64,000 nt of DNA, taken from Antedon mediterranea. Taxonomy: Eukaryota > Animalia > Echinodermata. The DNA is taken from contig NC_092673.1 of NCBI RefSeq assembly GCF_964355755.1, positions 17,791,648-17,855,647 on the forward strand. Direction: 5' to 3'. The translations under genes were made by a program, and so were the position numbers. Positions 1-13,800 of this stretch are shown here, piece after piece (the first letter of the stretch is position 1; each line of letters begins with the position of its first letter). The notes beneath the pieces were generated by a model. The model was not told the origin of the DNA, searched no databases, and saw only the letters and a program-made list of their open reading frames with translations.

Positions 1-1577
1 ACAACATTGATTATTTACACAGTGCTCAAATAAAGGTTGTAAGTCCATAGACATTTTATTCTTATATTCTTCAATATGATAACAACATTGATTATTTACA
101 CAGTGCTCAAATAAAGGTTGTAAGTCCATAGACATTTTATTCTTCTATTCTTCAATATGATAACAACATTGATTATTTACACAGTGCTTAAATAAAGGTT
201 GTAAGTCCATAGACATTTTATTCTTCTATTCTTCAATATGATAACAACATTGATTATTTACACAGTGCTTAAATAAAGGTTGTAAGTCCATAGACATTTT
301 ATTCTTCTATTCTTCAATATGATAACAACATTGATTATTTACACAGTGCTTAAATAAAGGTTGTAAGTCCTTAGACATTTTATTCTTCTATTCTTCAATA
401 TGATAACAACATTGATTATTTACACAGTGCTTAAATAAAGGTTGTAAGTCCTTAGACATTTTATTCTTCTATTCTTCAATATAATAACAACATTGATTAT
501 TTACACAGTGCTCAAATAAAGGTTGTAAGTCCTTAGACATTTTATTCTTCTATTCTTCAATATGATAACAACATTGATTATTTACACAGTGCTCAAATAA
601 AGGTTGTAAGTCCATAGACATTTTATTCTTCTATTCTTCAATATGATAACAACATTGATTATTTACACAGTGCTTAAATAAAGGTTGTAAGTCCATAGAC
701 ATTTTATTCTTCTATTCTTCAATATGATAACAACATTGATTATTTACACAGTGCTCAAATAAAGGTTGTAAGTCCTTAGACATTTTATTCTTCTATTCTT
801 CAATATGATAACAACATTGATTATTTACACAGTGCTTAAATAAAGGTTGTAAGTCCATAGACATTTTATTCTTCTATTCTTCAATATAATAACAACATTG
901 ATTATTTACACAGTGCTTAAATAAAGGTTGTAAGTCCATAGACATATAGTATTCTTCTATTCTTCAATATGATAACAACATTGATTATTTACACAGTGCT
1001 CAAATAAAGGTTGTAAGTCCATAGACATTTTATTCTTCTATTCTTCAATATGATAACAACATTGATTATTTACACAGTGCTCAAATAAAGGTTGTAAGTC
1101 CATAGACATATAGTATTCTTCTATTCTTCAATATGATAACAACATTGATTATTTACACAGTGCTTAAATAAAGGTTGTAAGTCCATAGACATTTTATTCT
1201 TCTATTCTTCAATATAATAACAACATTGATTATTTACACAGTGCTCAAATAAAGGTTGTAAGTCCATAGACATATAGTATTCTTCTATTCTTCAATATAA
1301 TAACAACATTGATTATTTACACAGTGCTCAAATAAAGGTTGTAAGTCCATAGACATTTTATTCTTCTATTCTTCAATATGATAACAACATTGATTATTTA
1401 CACAGTGCTCAAATAAAGGTTGTAAGTCCATAGACATTTTATTCTTCTATTCTTCAATATAATAACAAACATTGATTATTTACACAGTGCTTTAAAAAAG
1501 GTTGTAAGTCCATAGACATTTTATTCTTCTATTCTTCAATATAATAACAACATTGATTATTTACACAGTGCTTAAAT
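1..1577. repeat. 81-bp minisatellite, about 19 copies, intronic in Roco gene A
   Basis: Unit acaacattgattatttacacagtgc...tcttcaatatgata recurs at 1, 82, 163 and onward with few variants. Confidence 0.97.
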
Positions 1578-1746
1578 ACTTTTTTTACAATTTTGTTTTA
1601 AATATTTATTTACTACACTATTAATTTTTAATAGAGAACAATTGCACTTGATAAAAAGATCTCAGTGTTTGAGTATTGATGTTTCAGAAGTTTTTATCTT
1701 CCTTTACTGTAGGAAATAATAGTTGTGCATATTTCTTTTTTCCTAG

Positions 1747-1836
1747 ATGTTCATGACATCGGAAGCCCTTTACATCGTAGTGTTTGATCTCAGTACCCCT
1801 CTTAATGATCCTGCCATTACCATTGATTCAAATGGA
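1747..1836 (+). CDS. Gene A module 1 Roc exon (MFMTSEALYIVVFDLS)
   Basis: tcctag acceptor, gtaagt donor, Roc strand motif following G3. Confidence 0.88.
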
Positions 1837-4800
1837 GTAAGTATTTAAAGACAATGTTAAGGTAAAGGTATTTGTGATTAAAGATACCTACCAGAAGAGT
1901 GAGACGATTAAGAAAAAAATATGACTATTTTATTTTATTTTAATCAAATAAAGATATAATGTGTAGTGTTTTTTTTCTTTCAGCATAAACGTAAACATCA
2001 TTGGACCAATCTCCAGTTCATATTATCTTACATCCAGACAGTTTATTCTCATAGTCGTATTGTGAGAAAAAACATAGAAAAGGGAGTTCACGAACCAACT
2101 ATTCTTATTGTAGGTACACATAAGGGGAAACTTGGCAGGACTGAAGAACAACAAAATGATGAGGTTATATACTTTCATTATTAAACTAGTAACCAGTATA
2201 CATTTCTGTTCTAAAAGCTAATTTAAAGAAAGTATGACTACTAGAGAGCTGTATTGAATACATTTATATCAAAAGTTCTTGAATGTATTCAATACAGTAT
2301 CCTAATGGAGGTCTTTATAAAGTTTTGAGGTGTACTTTTATCTTTTTTTACAACCAGGCCAAGATGTCATTCAAAAAGATCCATGATGTGATTAAAAGTC
2401 AACCATATGGAAAGCATGTATATCACCGATATTTTGCCATTGAAAACAGCCAAGAAACTACAGATAAGAGCTTTAGTGATCTCAAACAAGTTATTGATGA
2501 GCTTATGAAAGCTTTAGAAAAGGAAATTCCTTTGAAGTGGATGCGTTTCCGATGTGAACTAGATTATCTAAGAAGAGAAAAACACTTTTCTTTGTGTCGT
2601 TTAGGAGAGGTAAGTTTTATTAGCATCATTTTTTGTTTCTGTTTTTACAGAAAAAAGAAACATTTAACAAAAAAATTTATTAATATTACATTTTACACAG
2701 ACAATCCAATATACAGTTATTATTTATTTATTATATTTATTACTAAAAGACGTCAGTGAAGGAGAGGGCTAACCAGTTCAAATGCACTTCTACAACAACC
2801 AAAACCATATTTGCATTGGATAATGAAAAAAGAGTCAAGAAAACATTAATTATTTACAAAATTCAAATGTATCTAGGCCTAGAAACATTCAAAATAAGAC
2901 AAAAAATAGTAAATTAAAAATTTATTTAATTTATTTATTCTTGGTTCTAGAAATATCAGTAAATAGTTAAATATTTTGGCGCATATGGCGTTTCATATGT
3001 TTTAATACAAAAATAAAAATGCCAACTGGTGGACTATAATGCCTTGTCTACACTATCAAACTTTATGATGTGTCCAAATATGGTAGTGGTATGCCCATAG
3101 ATGGTAGTGATATGACATCATCATGTCCATACTGTATATGGGCACATAACTTTGTTTTGGCACATAAAGTTTGATAGTGTAGACAGAGCTTAACATATAA
3201 AAGAAAATAACTACAGCCTTGGGGCAAGTCAGAATTTTGTTATTAGCTAAAATTATGTAGATTGACAATTGACACATACACAAATAGAAACCCATGTGCA
3301 AACATCAACAGACAGTAATATTAACCTATTTTTATTATATTATTATGAAACTTATTTATATAACACCAATTGTTTTATATTGTTTGATGGAGGTTTGTAT
3401 GGTGAAATTAAATGTTGATATCAAGTTTTGCGGTACACCACCTATATATAGTTCTGTATTTGATTAATATACTTTGGTCGTCCTCAGGAGTGAGAATGCT
3501 TTGTGATAATTGTTTTGTTGTTATTGATTTTCCACATACAGATACAGAACAACATAAAATTCATGATGAAAAAAGAGTTGTGTGGCTGCAAATATGAACT
3601 TTAAGGCTTTCCCATGAACAAAACAATAAATGCACTTCAATTGAATAAGAATGAAATTTAAAATCTAAACAAACTTTTATTTATTTTATATTCAAAATTG
3701 TCAAAAAGTCAGTCTCTCCATGGTGATGTACTTTTGCTTCTGTATTTTTACCTCCGCCAAGGAGGTTATGTTTTCACCCCTGTATGTGTGTGTGTGTGTG
3801 TTTGTGTGTGTGTCTGTGAACAGCCTGGAGGCCACAGTTTTTATCCGATTCTAACCAAATTTGGACACAATGATCTATGCCCAAAAAGCTCGGACGAGTT
3901 CGAATTTGAGGGGGAAAGGTCATAGGTCAAGGTCACAACTAACAAAAAACTATTTTACTGCCTAGAGACCACAGTTTTGATCCGATTCTCACCAAACTTA
4001 GCCACAATGATCAATGACACATCATATAATTGTGGTTAAATTTTGAAGGGTCAGGGTCAAAGATCAAGGTCCACAAAAAAAAAAAAAAATCAAAAAATAA
4101 TTAAAAAAAAAAATCCTCAGTGAGACTTGAACCAGCGATCTCAACTGTGAGAGGCTGGATACATAACCATTACACCACACTGTCATCCACAACTTTGTAG
4201 TGTGCAGTTAACATATTTACACTTAGAACTAATAAAAAAAATGTAAAAAAAAAAATATTCAGGGGCCATTTTATGTAGGGGAATTTTACAGTAGGCGGAG
4301 GTTTGTACTCTCGGAGTACCCTCTAGTTGTATAATATTTTACAATGCGCTTTGGGATTCCATATGCTGCAAATATTTCAAACATTCTTTTTTGATTAATA
4401 GAGTCAAATGCACGCTTAAAGTCTTCAAAAAACATGTGTCCTATGTATTGTAAAATGTGTAAAATTCACTTTATATCTGTTGAATTATAGGCCTATCTGT
4501 AAAATATAGAAATTAGGAGAAATTTAGGGGAAATTTTGCGGACACTCTCGTGTTATGGAGTACTGTTGTTGTTGCGAACTCCTTGACTGATTGTGTCGAA
4601 TAAATAAATGAAAAATGAAATGGAAAATAATAAGAGTATATTTACATAAATTTTACAAAATATTCTGATTTTGAAATATTTTATTATTTCTTTAGCTGAA
4701 AATGCTGGCAAGCAACTATGGTATTGTTGACGAATTGGAAGTATCAGTCCTGCTTCACTTCCTGTATGATCTTGGTGAAATTGTTTACATGCCTGACAAC

Positions 4801-7800
4801 AAATTATTAAGAGATAAAGCAGTGTTAGATCCGATGCAGCTGGTTGAAATTGTTACTGCATTTGTAACAGTCATTCGACCAGAATATCCAGTAAGTAGGT
4901 TCATAAAAATCTTAATTCAGTGATCCTTGGGGAAATAATAGAGGTACATGTGAATTTCTATATCATTCATGTATCAAATGCAATATCTGACAGTTACCTT
5001 ATAGTTTAACATTGAGTGATTGTATAAGGGTTTAAACATGTAATTGCATCTATAATTCTGCTGTTTGATAACTTAATAAACACAAAATCATATGTATGGC
5101 TAATTGGCGGTATTTTTTTTAGCTGCCCATGTTTAGCAAAGCTTTTGATAAACTTGGCGAGGGCATACTGGAGGAAGACTTGTTGCGTGAATTATGGAAA
5201 AAGCGTAAAGTTGACGAAGGAAAGAATTTTGAGTTCCTTGTAGCACTGATGATTCAATTAGGTTTCATTTGTGAGAGAAAGACAACCAGCAGCCAAGATG
5301 TGGCAAGTACATCTACAGTAGGTTTTATTCAGTTATCTTTTATTAAGATTATGTAAAAAATATATTTTGGTGTGATACATAATTGGTGAAATTTTACATA
5401 AATTTTCAAAATATTTGTAGGGTTATGACATTTTGGTTAAACATCCTGCTGAAAGATGTTTTTAACATGTACAGGAAATGATCTTTACTTATTAAAAGAA
5501 ATCTAAATGGCATTTTACAAATCAACAATTTCAGGAATCTGTTGGAAAGCGATCATTCTTTGTGCCACTACGCCTTGCTTTCAAGACATCAAGTGAAGTG
5601 AAACCAGCGCCTGATGATTCACAATCTATCAGTATCTATTACGACTTTAAGGGATATCTGCCAGATGTATTGTTTCCATACATGATTATTGATTTCCTCA
5701 ACAAATTTCAAAAGAAAGGAGTTGACCCAATACTGTTGTATAATCATGCTGTACTCTACTTAGACCAAGATCATCATGTGACTTTATCTCTTGTCAAACT
5801 TGTGACTAAGAAGAATGAGCAAAAGTTCTTGTTAAAGGTATGACAGATTCTATTGCTATTTGAATGTTTAATATTTTTGATTGATTTAATTTTTAGTCAA
5901 AAGCAAAACCATTCTGTTAACAGCCCTGCAATTATCATAAATCAATAAATAGATCTTATTACTAGTTTTATATTCATTGTTGAGAATTTATTTTCAATAT
6001 TATAAATTTAGGATATAGAAATGTCACAACTAAGTTTTCCTTTCAGATGACTATTAAAAGAACAGCAAGTTTTGGTAATGAGAAATATGACCCTTCCTCT
6101 GAAGCTTGTAAAAAGGTTTGTAACAACCATTTGTTGATTACTATATGAATAATTGTTTGACATTACAAGATATTAACAATAATTAATTATATCAAATAAA
6201 AACAAAGAGTTTGCTTTCTGCTATTTGTTTAACAAAATGATGCCAGTAATCTATATTATAAGTGAGAGAGTTTGTCTGTCTGTCTGTCTGTCTGTTTGTT
6301 TGTTCGTTATACAAATTTTTGTTACTGCACGTAATCTTACATATGGGGTATCAAAATGACCGCAATTGTACCGGGAATGTTCAACATCATCCGCTGCCTA
6401 GGATCCAAGTTAGGGACCAAAATGTGGTCAAAACCCCCCACTTTCGATGTTTGTTCGTTATACAAATGTCTGTTTCTGCACGTAACCATACGTATGGGGT
6501 ATCAAATGATAGCAATTGTACCCGGAAGGTTTTAAACTACATTTACAAAAATTCCACCGACTTCTGGGGTTTTTGTGGGAGGGGTGGGGGGTGGAGGTTT
6601 GTTGTGGTGGTTTGTGATGTCATATTTGCTAGGGCTCGGGGTTGTAGGCTATCGAATTGTAAATTATACTATAAAGGTTTTACAGTATTTCAATTATCCT
6701 CAGGAAAGTGTTTGGGGAAATATAGATATAGATAATATACATATTTCAATCATTAACCAATATGACACCTATTCAATTACACATTTAGCAAAGTACTTTA
6801 ACCATATCCAGCTATGTATCGGTCTTTTGGATTGTCTCATTACAGACAGCCATTCCTGTGTGAACATACACACGTTGTTTACTGTTACTGTGTAAAACTA
6901 CACACCATGCCTCCAAGGAAAAAACGTCCATTGTGGGAGAGTGGGGTTTGGGAGTTGGGGTTCAGGGGATAGTGGGGATTTTGCTTAGACCAGAATTGTG
7001 TTTGGAAATGTTAAAGTATTTAATTATCCCTGGGAAAGCGGCTGGGAGTTTGGGGTGGGGATGTAGGCCTATCACCATGACCGAAACTGTATTTGGAATG
7101 TTTTAAACTACATTTGAAAACTGCCACTGAGGGATTATGGGTTGGGAGTGATAATAACATAATTTGTACTGGAACAGTCTTCAACACATCACCCAGTGTA
7201 TCTGGGGTGTGTTTGTAGGGGGAGGAGGAAGAGTGAAAATACTGGCGTAATGAAGTAGCCTATATGCTTGGAATTGTACTAGGAAAAGTTACTATATTTG
7301 AACTGTCTAGGGGAGGAGTTAAGGTGTGTTGATTGTGGCTGGTGGTGAGAGGAGAAAGAAGGCTGGAGGACCGCAGTATCTAAATTAGATACATGACCGA
7401 AACTGGGAATGTTTAAAACTACATTTGAAAACTGCCACTGAGGGATTATGGGTTGGAAGTGATGGCTATCATAATTTGTACTGGTGAGAGGAGAAAGAAG
7501 GCCGGGGGACCGCAGTATCAACATTATATATTTTAATTATCAGCCAATATGACACCTACTCATTTACACAGTTTACAACGTACTTAAGCCATAGGCCTAT
7601 CATAGCTATGTATGCCCTCTCAATTTGAAGCTAAAGTTTAATTGAATTTGTCCTTCACTGTAAAGGGTGTGGGGTGTTATTAAGGGGTGGAGGTTGGTGC
7701 GTATACGGAGATACTGGCGTCGGGTGTTATGTACTGAGAAGGCTTTAAACTCATTTTGAAACCCGCCCTGGGGCGGGTATAATTGCTAGTAAGTATTAAA

Positions 7801-10800
7801 ATTGTATTTTTGTTGTCAAAAGTCAATGAAAACTTTTTGGGGGCCGCATACAGGAAGTACTTTAAAAACAGAAGATCTTTAATGTGTACTACTGATTCAA
7901 AAGCATATATTTGATATACAATATTATTCTTATTGTGTGTCCTAAATTGTCAATTTGCAGTGTGCTGTACATTATGTTGTTAGAAATCAACATTCAATTT
8001 TATATTTTTAGGCATTGTCAACGGTTGAGATGTCATTTGAACTTCCTAAAGATGGTGGTAGAAGAGGGATTCAGTTTGAGAGATGCATACTTTGTGACAA
8101 GTGTAGTGATACATTAGGAAAGAAGCATATTCAAATTCTTGAGGATCTCCAGCATGAGAAGTTGCCATGTAATAAAGATGGCAAGCTTGTTGAGATGGAT
8201 GTGGCACGTTACAAGAGACTATTTGGAAGTAAGAATAATAATACAGTAGTAATATAACAAATGTACAGCATACTGTATCCTTTAATACATAATATTAGTT
8301 AATAAATCCCTTTAAAGGCATTGAATTAATATTGTTTTGCAGTATGTTGTCTTATACACATCATTTTTAATTTGTGGTAGAGTAGTTGCTGGGGCGGATC
8401 CAGAGGGGGGGGGGGGGGCCCACGGGGTCCGGACCCCCCCCCCCTAAATTTTAAGGGTGCCCTTTTTTTAGAGGTTCAATATTTTATTCGTGTGACATAT
8501 TTGTGTGTATATTAGTATGCACAGAGTAGGCTACACTAACCCCAAAAATTGTGACGCGTGATGATCTCTACTTAAACTTCTAAAAATAGATCGTTTCACA
8601 TACTACAGAGGGCGCATGTAAACTTTTTACGATTCAACTCCGCGTACGTTACCATGCGCGCTATGTCATTGACGCGATTATTTGTCCATTGGTAAACACA
8701 TTTTTGTATTATTATTCTGAAAATAATTGAACAGTAAACATAATTCTTTTGAGTATTTGTTTATTTACATATCATACATTCCATCAGATCAACTATTTTT
8801 AATTTCCATAATACATCCAACCAAACATGTAAAAAATGTAGTTAAAATATCGTACTATCTAGCGTGTACGACCATACGCGGTAGATTGTTTACTCAAAAA
8901 TCATCGAACGGTCCTTTACACTATTCAACCTTGTTTTTGTAGTTGAGCCTCTCATGACCTGGGATTTGTTTGTCTTCCTACGCCAAGATAATATAGTTCT
9001 ACAATCCATGTGCTTTTTTCTCTGAGAAATATTATAGGCCTAAGTGCCAAAAAAATGTTTTTTTCTCGATATGAAGCCTTTATTATTCAAATCTTTAGAA
9101 AAATCACACATACCATAAAGAAGGTTCATTTATTTCATTTTTGAAACAATATTTGTGAAAATTACGTGAGGCTCAACTACAAAACCACCATTTTGTGATA
9201 TGATGTCATCGTAAGCCAATCAAAGCTGAGCTTTCCCGCGATCGGCAGAGCTCACGGTTGAATGATTTTGGATTCTGGCTATTTGATTGGTGGACGCGAA
9301 TCACCCACAGCGGAATGTTTTCTCTCGCGTGTACCAAGAAGTCGTGATCTCTCTGTACTGAACGGTACTACACAAATTTAGAGCAATGAATTTGTACGAA
9401 TTCCGTTAAATAAACAACTCTATATATTTTATAAACATTTTTATTGATATTTCCAATGTTAATATATAAAAGAAATTACTATAAAAACGTAATTATATGT
9501 AATTATTTCAGCGAAAAATGGCGCAATTTGTTTACAACGTTCGTGGCTATAAAGCGTGGTTCCCACTAGCGACGCAACACACGGACGTAACGCAACGTAA
9601 GTGAATTGACCAATCACAAGCGATGGCTTATTCGCTTGTGATTGCTAACTGTATATAACTTTGCTTGTCATTGGTTAAAACGCTTGCGTTGCGTTTACGT
9701 CCTTGCGTTACGTTCTAGTGGGAACCAAGCTTTAATGATCATTTTCGGCAATGTTTTAGACCCTATATTTCGAAAACTACAAGTCAGATTTTCGTAATTC
9801 TTTCTTTATTGGAATATTGAAACAAAATACCAACAGATAATGTTTAAATTGGTTGAAAAATAACAACTTTTAATTTTGCATCGTTATCCCTGCTAATAAA
9901 GTGTTATTTCCGGCAAACTAGAAAGGTGCCATTTATCATGGATTTTGCGTGCGAGAGTGCCATTTCCGGCCATCTAAGTGTGTCCTGTAACAAAATTCGC
10001 TTCGCCACAACCCCCACCATGGGGGGGGGGGGGGGGCTGTTGCTCAAATACTCAATATCTGATGTGCCCTTTTTATTGCCGGACCCACCTCTCAAAAATG
10101 TCTGGATCCGCCCCAGAGTTGCAAAAGTTATGGTAACATTGCTAGATGATCATAACATTCTGTGGTTGTACAATTTTCTAATTCAATCCATAATCTCTTA
10201 CTTGAGAGATAAGTGATATAATGCAATTTTTTTCCAAAGAATTAAATGTCTGAGATGTTTATGTCTACATTTCTAAAAATTGAATTTTTTATCATCTCGG
10301 TGTTGGCACTATAGTTTAGCCACACACACTCTAAACATTTTAATGCTGATGTTTATTGATTTAATTTAAAATAATGTAAATCTGATTTTTATCAGTGCAA
10401 AAGAATATTCCATCGGCTATTGCTGCTCAGAGTCCAGAAATCATATTAGAGTATTTTAAAGCCTTGAAAGAGGGATATGTCCCTGTCAATCTTGGAATGC
10501 TTAAAGTGATTGGGCAAGAAGGAGTGGGCAAAACGTGCCTAGTCAATGCATTACTAGGAAAGAAGTAAGTACTAGTTATTAGTCAACAAACATTACGACA
10601 ACCAAACTAATGCATAGAAGATAGATTGACATCTGTTAAGTGATTGCCTTATTTAATATAATATATTTAATAATATTATTGATTTACGTCAGATTTCAGA
10701 AAAACCATTCTGTAACAAATGGCATAGCACTGACTACAACTGTTCGCTCAAAATGGGAAGAAGATAATGCTGATAGTGGTAAACATGATGAATTATTATA

Positions 10801-13800
10801 CAAATAATGAATGTTTATGAGTTGGATGGTGAGAATATTTCATGAGTTAAAAGATCGACTGCTCTATTTTTAATGAGGCAGAGCCGACTCATGAAAAATT
10901 CTCTCCATTCAATGAATACAAAATAGTCATTATTTGTTTTATAACACACCTACTTTTATTCGATGTATCTATCATAAATCATTGATGAATGCTAGGCCAG
11001 GAAGATAGGCCATTCAAAAAGACAGTGCTCCAACTTTGGATGTGGAGTAGAACAGTTATGATGGCATGCACAACAAGTTGATTTTTGAACGCAATCAGCC
11101 AACAACATCGTGTGGCAAACATTTTCAAATTGTTTACAAAAAGCCTAACATGCTTTCAATCAATCTGGCAACTGTGGCATGGTGTCAGCAGTTTAAGTTT
11201 TATATAATTTACATTATACAATTGTTATTTACAAGCAAGCTATGTTACCGTGTTTTAATGCTAAACTGTATTTTTTAATGAAATTGAATTACATTAATCA
11301 ATGAGTTTGACAGTGGTAAAACGTCCAGATTATAGTCACATATCAATGTATTCACTTAAATCAAACATACTGTACGATCTACACAAATATGTAAACTTTG
11401 GTTTTATCCCAACAGGTGATCCTTTAAAACAGTTTGGAAAATTGGTTGCTGACAAACTGAGGAGAGCATGGTTAAATAGAAATGTATGTCAACAATAATG
11501 TAATACAAATAAATATTACTGACATTTCCGCTATCAAACCAACCATAATAAGTGAATGTTTTTGTTATGAATTTTGAAAGTTTTCTCAAAGTTAAGTTAA
11601 GTTGGAAAGTAAATGCTATTTTATTTACACTATTAAAGCTAGACAATATTATTATGTCAGGTTGAAATATCAGCTATAGATGATGACGACCGTGTTGATA
11701 TTGTTGATGAAAATAGTATTGATAACAATGGTGACAATAATGATCATGGCAATGATGTAAATGATGACAACCACGACAATAATGATGACCATGGCAATGG
11801 TGTTAATGATAACAACCACAACAAAGATAATGATGACAATGGCACTGATGTTAATAATCACAACCACAACAATGATGATGAACATGGTTTGTAACTTCTC
11901 CTTAATTTATTCTTCCAGTCAATAACACTGATAAAAAGAATATTATTAAGAATTGAGTATTATTGATATTAAGAGCGGTTGACTACAAATATCAACCTAT
12001 TGTGGCCAAATGTAAACAAAATGGATTTTCTTCATACTTTGATAATTAATCACACTTTATGTAAATATAACAAAACTGAAATATTTTTGGAACAAAATTA
12101 ATTGTTGCAATGGTAACAATTAACGCCAATTTTACCAATTTGGCATGTGAATTTTGCCCTTAATTAGATATAGGCACCTCCAAAAAAAAAGAATTTGTGA
12201 ATTGTTTTTGTGAAATCTTGCTCTTATGTAAACTTGCATAAAGAAAGTAAGGGACTGCCAATTTTAAACGTAATATCCTTTATAGATTAGATCATAGTTC
12301 AAGAGTTATTTAGATTTTCCCTCCAATGAAGTACATGGAGACCCAAGTTGTTCAATCCACTACCCAATATATTTATAGAAAACACAACTTCACCTAGAAG
12401 GGACACAGGCCCTACACAGACTGATGAAAGTGCGCGTAACTTACTCTGAAACACGCCGTTTTTACTCCACAGAAATGAATTAATTTACTTTTGGTTTTTA
12501 TGCTATGATCAATCATTGAAATTCATAAATCGTAATTCATAAGTCTGACTTCATTAAAAAATAGGAGGTGTACAACTTGTGAAAGTCGATATGTTGACAA
12601 AGTTAAAAAATATTATGTTTACACGTTTTTGAGAAACGCATGCACAAAAATAGGGTGGAAAGAAAGAAGAATAATACAGAAAAAAAAAGATGATCTCATA
12701 CAATTTCAATAATGATAACAAGGACCATTATGATGCAACAATGTTATGAAATAATATTTGTTTTACCTACAGATACTGAAACTCTATTGAATACAGATAA
12801 AAATGTACTTCAGAATTTTGAACTAAATGAGAGAGAAACCTATGATACCTTCAACATCTGGGATCATGGGGGACAAATGATGTACCATGGTATACATCGT
12901 GTAAGTTATAATTGTATTTGTATGTAAGTACTTTATATAGTATATAGATATACTTTGGTATTATATTAACATTGATATTTTATCCATATTTCTATAATTA
13001 CTACACAATCTGTAAACTCTACATAAAGTTGTATTAGTTAATCTTGTTTCCACCTAAAGTAACCTATTTAAATGTAGAAATACATATTTTAGTACAAAAG
13101 ATTACAATGTCTTTCCATGGTACTAATTTATTTTTTTGAAATGCACTACTATTACCTTACCTACAGTAAAGCCTGATTTTTGTATAATTTTGTCCACATG
13201 TCAATACAAACCCTTGGTAAATGTCTCATTTAACGTCGACTAACGTCGACAGGAAAACAGGCTTTTAAACAGTCTACCAAGTGCTATATTTTCAGTAACT
13301 CTTAATTTATGGTTTTTGTTTTCAATTTTTACTGGTTCAGGGTATTCATGAATTTGTACTACAAAAAAATTGCTTTATTGGAATGAGTATGAGTCGCATC
13401 TAGCTTGGCTAGTTAGTTAAGCCTGATCTGTTTGTCTGGCTGACAACAGGAGCACATATTGCAAAAAAACTTTTTTCCACCTGCTCCTCCCAAAACAAAT
13501 TTAGAACTTGACAGCAAACAAACAATTTTTTTTAGGCCTAATTAGTAAAATTTTTTATATACATTATTTTTCTAAATGTTCATGACATCAGAAGCACTCT
13601 ACATTGTAGTGTTTGATCTCAGTAGACCCCTTAATACTTGTGCTACTGTCATTGATTCTACTAGAGTAAGTATTTCAAGATATTGTGATAATAATGTATT
13701 TTCCCCCAAAAACATGAAAAATGAAGATTAATAAAATCAGACTTTAAATAGCCCATTTTGCAGTTTTAATAAAGTTATTTACTTCTGTGAAAAAAAATAA

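Noticed and set aside
1-1577. Regular repeats resembling a CRISPR array (also 24890-25400 and 35575-35880)
   Set aside because: No unique spacers; pure tandem repeats in eukaryotic DNA
11670-11885. Minus-strand hydrophobic I/V-rich ORF
   Set aside because: Antisense shadow of the D/N/H-rich exon
12379-12435. Possible extra phase 1-1 micro-exon (ENTTSPRRDTGPTQTDE)
   Set aside because: Frame-compatible, but weak donors and no paralogue in the window to confirm
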